Virus record (IMG/VR): IMGVR_UViG_3300021255_002539
Span: 192,001-256,000 of that record
DNA length: 64,000 bases
Strand: one strand, 5' to 3'
From: a virus
Taxonomy: Duplodnaviria; Caudoviricetes
In this document: positions 52,478 to 60,825 of the stretch, piece by piece
Numbering within the stretch: position 1 is the stretch's first letter
Layout of the letters: every line of letters begins with the position of its first letter
Program-made: the position numbers and the translations under genes
Notes under the pieces: model-generated
Told to the model about the DNA's origin: nothing
The model's input: the letters and a program-made list of their open reading frames with translations, nothing else
The model's database searches: none

Positions 52478-55400
52478 ATGAGAATCGTAATTGACAAGGA
52501 CATACCTGAAATCCAACTCCTGCAGGAATCCTGGGAGAAAAGCAAGCCAACCTACAAGGTAGTTGCTGTAAACGAATGCGACAGGTTCGTATATGCCAAG
52601 GACTTGAAGAAGATTGACGAAGCCACTGATTCTGCGTTGGACATGGCGTGGGACAAGACATTCGATGATTGTTCGGCGCAAATTGTTGAGACAAAGAATG
52701 GGAAGGATGCCACAATATGGTCTTCTGATGGGAAGCTTGTTGTTTCCGAGGGGGTCTTTGGGGACCTGGTCAGGGGGCTGTCTTCTGGAATGCAAAAGGC
52801 GTTGAATGGATTGAGCAAGGCGTTCAAGAAGGTCAAGGATGGAATAGCCAAATTGGGCAATGAGGTTCTGAATGGTCTTCGTGGGGCAGACTACATCAAC
52901 AAGAACAACGACATGACTGGTGTTGGCTACAAGGCGATGACCAAGCAGATGACAGTTGACGAGAACGAAGTCAAGAACTTGAAGGAGTATTGGAAGGTTT
53001 TGTGTACTGGGGTGAAGCAAGTAGTTGACCAGACGAAGCAATACCAACCAGTGGATGTCAAGAACATAAGTGGCGTGATAATGAACAGCGACAAGGATCC
53101 AATCCAACTCAAGGTCGATGTTGTCACTGCCGAGGGAGGGGAATCCCAATCCCTTTTGTTGACGCAGAATGGAGATGCGAAGCCCGAGGCTGGAGAAGGC
53201 AAAGATGATGGAGACGACGCTGCAGGAAATGGCGATGGTGCTGGAAATCCTGGTGGAGCGAAGCCCCTTGCTGGTGTGACACCTGAGCAAGCCAGGAAAG
53301 CCGCGACGGACAACCCCGAGCAGGTTGTGCCAACCCTCGCCCAACAAGTCACCCAGAACACCCAGGACATAGCTGGATTGAAGGAGAAGATGGCAAAGGT
53401 CGCAGAATCCACTCAGAGCTGGAACTTCAACAACGAGGTTCAGACCAACAAGGCTGGTCTTGAGCGTCTGGCAATCAAGCGGTTCTTCAACGAGATGAAC
53501 GACCCAGCAGTGAAGGAAATCAAGTTCGTTTCTGAATCTGGTCAGGTGAGGACATACTACACCAATTCTGGATCCTCGGCATATGCTGCGTTCAAGAAGG
53601 ACTTCAGGGAATCCACGGCGAAGTGCGAGAAGGCCGCCAACTTGGTTGGCTACAAGGTGACATTTGAGTCCGCAAACTCCAGAAGCCACTTGAATGGCTA
53701 CAAGTTCTCGGACTTCGGAATGGACGACGACTTCGATTCCACTTCCAAGACAATCGTCATCAAGGAGAGCGTCACTAGGGTATCTCCTAACGGAGATAAT
53801 AGCAAGGAGACATCTACTACCAAGAAGGAAGAGGTGGTGAAGGAATCGACAGACGATGTTGATGCCAGATTCTCGACAACCACGGTTGACGCGAAGACAC
53901 CATCTGCGAACCCAGAACCAAGTGGTTTCACGCTTGAAGTTGGGGAGTTGAACCCCGAGGACGAAGTGAAGTCCCTGTTGGCTTCCATGAACAAGTACGA
54001 TGTTGTCAAGCCAACCGACATCCAGGATGGTTCAATCTCAGATGGGGTGACGACATATCCAGATGCTGAGGTTGTTCAGGAGGCAGAAGGAGACGAGGAA
54101 GGTGGTGGTGACGACGCAGGAGGAGATGATGCTGGAGGAGAGGACGCCGATCCATTTGCTGATGGTGGAGGAGGAGACGACGCGGGTGGGGACGCAGACC
54201 CATTCGCAGGCGATGCGGGTGGCGATGACGCTGGTGGAGATGCTGGTGGAGGAGAAGATGCCGACCCATTCGCTGATGGAACAGGAGATGACGCTGGCGG
54301 CGATGCTGGTGGAGCCACAGGTGGGGATGCAGGTGGTGGAGACGCCCCTGCCGATGCTGGTGAAGGCGATGTAGCATCAGACCCCAATTCCCCAGAGGGA
54401 GAACCTGCCCCAGAATCCCCTGTGAACACAGACGCCCAGGGTGAGCCAAAGTCTCAGTACAACATCAATGTCACTGAGCCATTCAACGTCAACGACGACT
54501 TCTCCCTGAACGAGGAAGAGCAGAAGGAGTTCTTCGGCAAGATTGACCAGTTGGTGAAGATTCCCGACATGGACAACTACTCCCTTTACCTCTATCAGAT
54601 TACTCCAGAGAACATGAACCTCGATGATGTCCACTACATCCAGGCACTCTACGAGCTGTCTGTGAAGTTGGGCTTGCTTGAGGATGTCTATGCCGATTCC
54701 AACTTGCTTGAGAAGTACAACTCCTACAAGTACTCCGTTGTGAAGGATGGTGAGAACAAGGATGGCGAGGACTTCAAGGTTCAGGAGCAGAAGAACCCAA
54801 TTTGGGGCAACAAGGTGATGCTTGAAGAAGCCAAGGATAACAACAAGAAGCCCCGTGGCATCTCAAAGGTCCAGGACGACAATGAGGACAAGAACAAGTG
54901 GGTGAAGGACAACTCGAAGGAGGATCTTGAGAACAAGAAGCAGGACGACAGAAGGGGTCCGAAGTGGACGAAGCTCGACAAGGACCAGAACGGCGCCGAC
55001 AAGCCCATCGTCATAGACGCAGCAAAGGAGGCATGGGATTCTGTCAATGGAAAGAAGGATGGCAAGGATGACAAGGAAGACGCCGACAAGAAGCTCCTGG
55101 ATGGAACTTCCGAGGGTCAGTTCCACGGACTTGGTTGGTTGGTGACATTCAAGGCAATGCAGTTCGGCTCCCCCAGATACCTCACCCTCTACATCAAGAG
55201 GAATGGTAACGACAAGGCCGAGAAGCAATGCGAGGACTACCTCAAGAGACTGTCGTACACCGAGATTGAGTTCGTGAACATAGACGAGGTTGACCCCTAC
55301 GAGTATGTATACAGGTCTTGCTCTGGAATGAAGACCCCCGAGCAGGTTAGGACAGAGAAGTACGCGAACGAGGCAGTCCCAGTGACATACCTCGAAAGCA

Positions 55401-56140
55401 CCGACAAGAAGGTGACTGTTGGGGACTTCATCTACACCCCAGCCGACACTTTTGGTGGAAATGGATGGAACACAGTGCTTGCGCAGGTAGTGGAGGTCGA
55501 TGGGGACAAGTTCACAGCCAAGGCCGTAGATTCCACTGGAAATAAGTCATGGCAACTTGAGGTTGTTGGAAAGATGAAGGAGATGCGCGGCAATTCCACA
55601 TATGGCAAGACAACTGAAGCAGAGTTCAGGGAACTGAAGAACAGCGAGTTGGCAAGGGAAAGCGCCGAGACGAAGGTTCCTGAGTCAATCCCAGGGGACA
55701 TCAAGCGCGACATCAAGCGCGTCATCACAAAGCTGAATGCTGAAATCAGGGGAACCAAGCAGTTCAACTTCCTCAAGGAGTGTGGGGTGGAGAAGCCACA
55801 GATCGACCACCTTCAGTTCCTCGCAGGATACAAGACTGCGCAGGTGAACGAGACATTGAGCGAGACGACCTACAAGTTCATCTTCAAGAAGGACGATTCG
55901 ACCTTCTCGCGGATGTTCTACTCCAACCTCAAGGAGAAGTTGTTCAAGTACCTGGGGAGCTTCGCCCAAAAGTTCAACCTGGAATGTGGCTGCGAAGTGA
56001 AGCCAACCATGATTTGCATCGACTTCATGAGGAGCGATCTTGGCAACCCAACCTACGACCTGGACACGATGATTGTCGAACCAGATAAGCCAGAAGTCCC
56101 AACATTGGATCAGGCGATGGAGATTGCGAAAGACATGTAA
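52478..56140 (+). CDS. Large acidic multi-module protein with GGDDAGG low-complexity tract (putative internal head protein, 1220 aa)
   Basis: Late promoter at 52431. Many x-x-E|S/A/G sites. Internal IKFVSESG motif shared with the MKKLNITK leader. Confidence 0.7.
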   Translation: MRIVIDKDIPEIQLLQESWEKSKPTYKVVAVNECDRFVYAKDLKKIDEATDSALDMAWDKTFDDCSAQIVETKNGKDATIWSSDGKLVVSEGVFGDLVRGLSSGMQKALNGLSKAFKKVKDGIAKLGNEVLNGLRGADYINKNNDMTGVGYKAMTKQMTVDENEVKNLKEYWKVLCTGVKQVVDQTKQYQPVDVKNISGVIMNSDKDPIQLKVDVVTAEGGESQSLLLTQNGDAKPEAGEGKDDGDDAAGNGDGAGNPGGAKPLAGVTPEQARKAATDNPEQVVPTLAQQVTQNTQDIAGLKEKMAKVAESTQSWNFNNEVQTNKAGLERLAIKRFFNEMNDPAVKEIKFVSESGQVRTYYTNSGSSAYAAFKKDFRESTAKCEKAANLVGYKVTFESANSRSHLNGYKFSDFGMDDDFDSTSKTIVIKESVTRVSPNGDNSKETSTTKKEEVVKESTDDVDARFSTTTVDAKTPSANPEPSGFTLEVGELNPEDEVKSLLASMNKYDVVKPTDIQDGSISDGVTTYPDAEVVQEAEGDEEGGGDDAGGDDAGGEDADPFADGGGGDDAGGDADPFAGDAGGDDAGGDAGGGEDADPFADGTGDDAGGDAGGATGGDAGGGDAPADAGEGDVASDPNSPEGEPAPESPVNTDAQGEPKSQYNINVTEPFNVNDDFSLNEEEQKEFFGKIDQLVKIPDMDNYSLYLYQITPENMNLDDVHYIQALYELSVKLGLLEDVYADSNLLEKYNSYKYSVVKDGENKDGEDFKVQEQKNPIWGNKVMLEEAKDNNKKPRGISKVQDDNEDKNKWVKDNSKEDLENKKQDDRRGPKWTKLDKDQNGADKPIVIDAAKEAWDSVNGKKDGKDDKEDADKKLLDGTSEGQFHGLGWLVTFKAMQFGSPRYLTLYIKRNGNDKAEKQCEDYLKRLSYTEIEFVNIDEVDPYEYVYRSCSGMKTPEQVRTEKYANEAVPVTYLESTDKKVTVGDFIYTPADTFGGNGWNTVLAQVVEVDGDKFTAKAVDSTGNKSWQLEVVGKMKEMRGNSTYGKTTEAEFRELKNSELARESAETKVPESIPGDIKRDIKRVITKLNAEIRGTKQFNFLKECGVEKPQIDHLQFLAGYKTAQVNETLSETTYKFIFKKDDSTFSRMFYSNLKEKLFKYLGSFAQKFNLECGCEVKPTMICIDFMRSDLGNPTYDLDTMIVEPDKPEVPTLDQAMEIAKDM
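54085..54375 (+). repeat. Low-complexity coding repeats GGDDAGG / ADPFAD(G)
   Basis: Seen directly in the translation of 52478-56140. Confidence 0.85.
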
Positions 56141-56158
56141 TCAACGAGGAAACAAAAC

Positions 56159-56644
56159 ATGAAGAAACTAAACATAACGAAGGAACAGTTCGAAAAGTCC
56201 AATTACTTCAAGAACAAGTATGGCAATCTTGAATATGTGTCGGAGAGCGGCAAAGTATTCAAGACGAACAAAGGCAAAATGCTGATGTTCAAGGAAGATT
56301 CATAGGGATTGCGTAGCGATGAAAAGAAGAAATGGACATGGTGGGGAAGTTCCGACGATGCCACTTATAATGATGCCCCCAGTTCTGATTATGAACAAGG
56401 CGATATAGATTGGTGTCCTGAAGGAGGATGGGAAGATAGAGAGGATGCGTGGTATTCAATGTTGGCAGTAGTTACAGATATAATTAGCCAAGAGACTACT
56501 GGTGTTGATTTACGGAACGATGTCTATGATGATGTCAAATAGGGTCATAGGTCAGCGGAGCTCGACATAGATCATGATGCTGGAACAGTTGAAGCCAATA
56601 TAAATGGCGACCACTATGAATGGTGGCTTGCGGAAGAACGATGA
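56159..56644 (+). CDS. Acidic Trp-rich protein with MKKLNITK leader (161 aa, 2 in-frame TAG)
   Basis: ATG 56159 after GAGGAAACAAAAC. TAG at 56303 and 56540. Ends TGA 56642-56644. Only partly present in the ORF track. Confidence 0.8.
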
Positions 56645-56691
56645 AGATTGACTCAATTGCAAGCAAAACCTTGTAAGCGATAGACTAAAAG

Positions 56692-56726
56692 AAAGAGACC
56701 GAGGTAAAAACCTCGGTCTTTTTGCA
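56692..56726. terminator. Bidirectional terminator between convergent genes
   Basis: AAAGAGACCGAGG-TAAAAA-CCTCGGTCTTTTT. Confidence 0.8.
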
Positions 56727-56745
56727 TTGGTGGACAGAATTACAC

Positions 56746-57102
56746 TCACTTGGACTTTCTTGGTTTTCGGTCAGTATAGTACTTTTTTGTTTTTGGCGAT
56801 CTTGTGGAGACATATTTTGGGCCATGTTCCTTGTTGAATTTATCGCGCTTCTCCGCTCTGTCGAATTTTGAAAACACCCTATTTACAATAGCCTGTGCAT
56901 CTTTGTCTCTTTCCATCTGTAGCTTGATTGCTCTCTGAGCTTTAAGTCTTTCTTCCTTTTGCGCACTTGTCTCCCACCTCTCTCCTCCATTTCCATAACT
57001 GGCATATCCTGTTAGATCGTCTCTCCTAGGATAAAATTGTCCAAATACAAATCCAGGTAACAGGAACGAAAAAATCAACAGCATTATGTTTCTTTTTATC
57101 AT
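56746..57102 (-). CDS. Small protein with signal peptide (AT-rich)
   Basis: MIKRNIMLLIFSFLLPGFVFG|Q signal-like N-terminus. Confidence 0.55.
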   Translation of the reverse strand: MIKRNIMLLIFSFLLPGFVFGQFYPRRDDLTGYASYGNGGERWETSAQKEERLKAQRAIKLQMERDKDAQAIVNRVFSKFDRAEKRDKFNKEHGPKYVSTRSPKTKKYYTDRKPRKSK

Positions 57103-57146
57103 ATTACAACCCCCTAGTTTTGATTAGATATGGATGTCAGTTTAGG

Positions 57147-57605
57147 TTACTGCACCACAATTTGCCTCTGCTCATAGTGCCCCGGCTGCCAGACTCGAAT
57201 GATCGTTCCATTGGCCTGAACCTGGTCGACATAGCGACCCTCAACCCAAACACTCTGCGTCGTGTAGACGGGAGTAGTCACTACTGGCGTAGTCACTACT
57301 GGCGTAGTTACCACTGGGGTTGTCACAACGGGGGTCGAGACTACTGTAGTGGTGGGATAGACGACTGTGGAAGGATACCTATATCCACTATAGAGTGCGC
57401 TTCCAACGACGCCACCAACGAATCCCGGCCAGAAGTTCCGACCTCCATGTCCCCAGAAGCTGTGGCTATGATGGTGATGTACTGGCATCGGTCGATATCC
57501 AAATCCACCGTGGAATCCACCCCTAGGTCCACCATGGGGTCTCGCAAACGCACTCACACATGCGCACATTGCCACAATAACTGCAATTACTAGTTTCTTG
57601 TTCAT
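57147..57605 (-). CDS. Secreted Gly/His/Pro-rich protein with PVVTT repeats and WVEGRY/WQPGHY motifs (152 aa)
   Basis: Signal peptide MNKKLVIAVIVAMCACVSAFA, GGAG RBS, and 15-bp repeats at about 57268-57335. Confidence 0.75.
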   Translation of the reverse strand: MNKKLVIAVIVAMCACVSAFARPHGGPRGGFHGGFGYRPMPVHHHHSHSFWGHGGRNFWPGFVGGVVGSALYSGYRYPSTVVYPTTTVVSTPVVTTPVVTTPVVTTPVVTTPVYTTQSVWVEGRYVDQVQANGTIIRVWQPGHYEQRQIVVQ

Positions 57606-57672
57606 ATTAGTATCTCCATTTACTTTGTTGTTCATAGGGTATTTACTATTCCTAGTTCCCTACTTCGCCTAT

Positions 57673-57701
57673 ATTATAGCAAATCTGGTTCTGAATGTCA
57701 A
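57673..57701 (-). promoter_or_regulatory. Sigma70-type promoter TTGACA-N17-TATAAT (extended -10 TG)
   Basis: Perfect hexamers upstream of the 57605 gene. Confidence 0.8.
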
Positions 57702-57713
57702 TACCCCTTGTTT

Positions 57714-58070
57714 TTACTTGTTGGATGAGCTTCTGGGCTTGAACCCCGACTTGATGTATGGGGTGAACCTGTTGTAGGTCTTTGGAACTATCTTCAGGAG
57801 CAACTTGTACATCAACTCAGGCTTGTCTGCCAACCCCTCCAATGTAGTTAGGTGATTGAGAACGACATTTCTTACAGAGATATTTGAGTTCAACGACAAG
57901 TACCTCAGAACCATATATGGAGAGAACGCCGATTGGAACAACTCGTTCTTGATGTGGCTCTCGTACAGAGCCTTGTCCTTGTCCACCAGGATGTTGCCCA
58001 GTATCATGAACAGGTCCAGACTGGGCTTTGGTTCGTCCGTTGATTTACGCTTCTTATTATATGCCGCCAT
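57714..58070 (-). CDS. Clamp-loader small subunit, T4 gp62-like
   Basis: FSPYMVLRYLS..YKLLLKIVPK..RFTPYIK pattern and size (118 aa). Confidence 0.65.
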   Translation of the reverse strand: MAAYNKKRKSTDEPKPSLDLFMILGNILVDKDKALYESHIKNELFQSAFSPYMVLRYLSLNSNISVRNVVLNHLTTLEGLADKPELMYKLLLKIVPKTYNRFTPYIKSGFKPRSSSNK

Positions 58071-59169
58071 AGTCGAAACCACCACTTCTAGTCAGGTTCT
58101 TGCATGCCACCTCATATTGCTTTTCGCTCATGTTCAGCCTCTTGAGCAGTTCTGACTTGGATTTCGCCGCCTCAGATGCGTATTCCACCAGCTTTTTGTT
58201 GTCAGAGAACATCCCTTGGCAATGGTTGAACACCTTCTTGAACAGATACAGGTAGATTTGCTTGTTGTTATAGGAGTTTTCGTTGCGCTCCACTATGGAT
58301 AGGAGATATCCCACCATTTGCTTGACCTTGTTTTCGTCTATGTTATTATAGGAGTTTTCGCGCATCTCCTTGATTGTGGCATAGAGGTTCATGTTGTTTT
58401 CGATTGATGTCAAGTCAATCATCTCGAATGGGTGGTGATCTGAGGGGGATTGCCAATCTGGGGACAGACTTTCGGGCGTAAGAACCTCCTCCAATGTGGT
58501 GGTGTTCGTTGGATCTTGGGGGTTTAGGGTGGATGACAGGGACTTGTGGTTCACCATCGCCCCCTTCTCCTGGTTTGGCTTCCTGACCTTGTTCAAAACC
58601 CACCAAGTGGCGTATGTCAGAAATCTGTTCGAGTAGTCCAAGTCGAACCTCTCGGCCGCTATTGCCAGACCCTCGTTCGCCATCTGCTTGAAGTCGTCCA
58701 GGTCATACCATTGGGTTGGGGAGTTCTTCAGATACCGCTTGAAGTATACCTCTGCCAGGTTCTCGCTTGCCTTTGTGTTGTGCAGAACCAGGAGCTTGTT
58801 GAGTTCTGGCCTGTCGTTCCTGAACAACCCAATCATGCGCTTCTCTGACAACTTGTCCAATGGGAGTAGGTTTGTCTTGAAGAAGTCCATCCATTCCTTG
58901 GTTGTGAATACTGTCTCCCATTCCTCGTCTGTCAAGTCGGGCTTCGCCAGTGTCTTGTGCAGCTGCTTGGCATATGCCTTCATCGCCTTTTCGACTTCCT
59001 TGCGGTACTTGTCCCGATAGCCCTTTTCTGTGCGTTTTACATTGACATATGAAACCTTTGCGGGGGTCGCCTTGTGATGCCTAGTCAGTTTCCTTGGTTT
59101 TGCGATATTACTGTTCTCGTCCATGATGAATGTTGTCCTTTGCTCAAGCTTGTCAATATATTGTACCAT
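58057..59169 (-). CDS. Sigma70-family RNA polymerase sigma factor (region 2 conserved)
   Basis: LDDFKQMANEGLAIAAERFD..RFLTYATWWV corresponds to sigma region 2.2-2.4. SLSSTL..TLEEVL is region-3-like. Confidence 0.8.
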   Translation of the reverse strand: MVQYIDKLEQRTTFIMDENSNIAKPRKLTRHHKATPAKVSYVNVKRTEKGYRDKYRKEVEKAMKAYAKQLHKTLAKPDLTDEEWETVFTTKEWMDFFKTNLLPLDKLSEKRMIGLFRNDRPELNKLLVLHNTKASENLAEVYFKRYLKNSPTQWYDLDDFKQMANEGLAIAAERFDLDYSNRFLTYATWWVLNKVRKPNQEKGAMVNHKSLSSTLNPQDPTNTTTLEEVLTPESLSPDWQSPSDHHPFEMIDLTSIENNMNLYATIKEMRENSYNNIDENKVKQMVGYLLSIVERNENSYNNKQIYLYLFKKVFNHCQGMFSDNKKLVEYASEAAKSKSELLKRLNMSEKQYEVACKNLTRSGGFDYGGI

Positions 59170-59170
59170 A

Positions 59171-60001
59171 TTAGGGGTTGTCTGGTAAACTGTAGTTCCT
59201 CCAAAGGGTCTCGGTCTTCGTCCTTGGTCTTCTATTCCCGTCTATGGTGTTCACATTGAATTCAACCTTTGTGAAGCCATTGTCCTCGAGTTTCTGGTAG
59301 ATGGGGTTGTCGTAGCCAGATATCAGAATCTTCGCCTTTGAGGAAATGCACTTGTCCACGAACTTCCTGTGGAAATCGTCGTCCTGGTCTATGTCGTATC
59401 TTGTTGCGCCACGTGTCGACCAGACATATGGTGGGTCGCAATAGAGGAAGCAATTTGGTTGGTTGTACTTGTCCATCAACTCCAATGCGTCTCTGTTGTA
59501 CACTATGAGGTGCTTGAGGCGTTCGTGAAGTTCTGGCATTCTGTCTATTGACGACAAGAAATCAGAAACAGATTTAGCCATTCCCCTTCTCACGAGCATG
59601 TTGGTGGCGAATCCTCCGATACCATTTATGGACAATCTGTTGGCTATGTAGAACCAATATGCCCTTTCGAGTTCTGATAGATTTGCATCCTTCAACTTCT
59701 CCCTTGCGTCATATCGCATGTCCTCGGCATATGGGGTAAGCTCCACCATCTTGATGAACTTGGGGAAAAGCTCCTCGTCCCGAAGCACCTTGTAGAGGCA
59801 ATAGACATTCTTGTTGAGGTCGTTGAATATCTCTATCGGGGGAATGTAGGGCATGTGCAGACCAATGGTGTATGAGCCCGAGAATGGCTCCATGTAGATG
59901 TTGTAGTCCGGACTTGGGAACTGCGATATGATGTTCTTCCACATCAATGCTTTTCCCCCAAAGTACTTGATTGGCGCATGCAGGTTTTTGATATGGTTCA
60001 T
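59171..60001 (-). CDS. DNA N6-adenine methyltransferase (Dam/D12 class)
   Basis: YFGGK, EPFSGS, NDLN, YCDPPY and ISGY motifs. Confidence 0.88.
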   Translation of the reverse strand: MNHIKNLHAPIKYFGGKALMWKNIISQFPSPDYNIYMEPFSGSYTIGLHMPYIPPIEIFNDLNKNVYCLYKVLRDEELFPKFIKMVELTPYAEDMRYDAREKLKDANLSELERAYWFYIANRLSINGIGGFATNMLVRRGMAKSVSDFLSSIDRMPELHERLKHLIVYNRDALELMDKYNQPNCFLYCDPPYVWSTRGATRYDIDQDDDFHRKFVDKCISSKAKILISGYDNPIYQKLEDNGFTKVEFNVNTIDGNRRPRTKTETLWRNYSLPDNP

Positions 60002-60007
60002 ATGAAC

Positions 60008-60036
60008 ATTATACGACAAAATTGGGGTTGTGTAAA
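60008..60036 (-). promoter_or_regulatory. TTTACA-N17-TATAAT promoter of MTase-sigma-clamp loader operon
   Basis: Same architecture as 15855-15883, 17643-17671, 23517-23545, 38943-38971 and 60448-60476. Confidence 0.7.
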
Positions 60037-60041
60037 ACGAA

Positions 60042-60065
60042 AGGTGACTCCTTTCGGAGCCACCT
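60042..60065 (-). terminator. Probable terminator after the small basic protein gene
   Basis: Minus strand reads AGGTGGCTCC-GAAA-GGAGTCACCT followed by TTCGTTTT. Confidence 0.7.
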
Positions 60066-60124
60066 CGTTCCCTTCTATGGAACTAATTATATGGAAAATT
60101 AGGAGGGGAACTTGACTATCGTTG

Positions 60125-60373
60125 TTAGCGGGCGACGACCGTAACCGTGCCAGAGGCGTAGCGGCGACCAACCTTGACGCGCTTGGCGGTCTCCAGGTAC
60201 GAAATGACCGCGGAGCCGGAGATCTTGCCACGACCACTCATGCCAGGACGACGGGTGAGAGCGGTGCCCTTCGAGAGCTTGAGGATGTCGCGAACCTGAT
60301 CCTTCGTGTACTGCATCGTCGGCTTGACGAGCGTAGCCTTGGCAACCATGGTCTTCTTCGTGTTCTTCTTCAT
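60125..60373 (-). CDS. Small highly basic protein (possible nucleic-acid-binding)
   Basis: 82 aa, K/R-rich, MCP-like codon bias, with its own promoter (60448-60476) and terminator. Confidence 0.75.
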   Translation of the reverse strand: MKKNTKKTMVAKATLVKPTMQYTKDQVRDILKLSKGTALTRRPGMSGRGKISGSAVISYLETAKRVKVGRRYASGTVTVVAR

Positions 60374-60494
60374 TTGTTTTCTTCTTTCCTTTTTTGGTTT
60401 GTTTACCCGGACTCCCCAACCATTGGGTCATCCAAATCTTATGATATATTATACGAGTTGTTTGCTGTGTTGTAAAGTGGTTTTTTGTGGTTTT

Positions 60495-60635
60495 TTAGTT
60501 CAGTTCATACAACCTGGCAGACGAAATCGCCCACCATTCCTCCAGATATGGCCCAGACACGATTGTGAACTTGTCATGGGAATCGTCCTCCCAACGAACC
60601 ACATACCACAGACTTGAAATCTGAATCGTTCCCAT
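60495..60635 (-). CDS. Very small hypothetical protein (46 aa)
   Basis: AAGGAGG RBS before MGTIQIS. Confidence 0.5.
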   Translation of the reverse strand: MGTIQISSLWYVVRWEDDSHDKFTIVSGPYLEEWWAISSARLYELN

Positions 60636-60648
60636 ATTTCCCTCCTTA

Positions 60649-60810
60649 TTATTCCCAATGGTAGCCTGAGCAAATTGTGCATAAGGCGCATATTCCAAAC
60701 AGCATGGCGAAGAAGATGATTGCCCCAACAAATTCCTTGATGGTGTTCACAATCTCCTTGCGCTTTGCCCGACGCTCCTGGCGTCTCATCATCGCCGACC
60801 AGCTTTCCAT
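60649..60810 (-). CDS. Very small membrane protein (53 aa), not in ORF track
   Basis: AAGGAG RBS. MESWSAMMRRQERRAKRKEIVNTIKEFVGAIIFFAMLFGICALCTICSGYHWE. Confidence 0.6.
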   Translation of the reverse strand: MESWSAMMRRQERRAKRKEIVNTIKEFVGAIIFFAMLFGICALCTICSGYHWE

Positions 60811-60825
60811 AGTTAATCTCCTTTT

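Noticed and set aside
29234-53689. Long antisense or alternate-frame ORFs (e.g. 29234-30337 +, 39218-40168 -, 43368-44423 -, 52457-53689 -)
   Set aside because: They shadow real genes on the other strand, have V/L/H-rich compositions typical of reverse-complement artefacts, and lack RBS or motifs.
56880-56886. GTAAATA copies inside genes (56880, 42730) as promoters
   Set aside because: They are intragenic with no gene start at a suitable distance, so likely chance matches.
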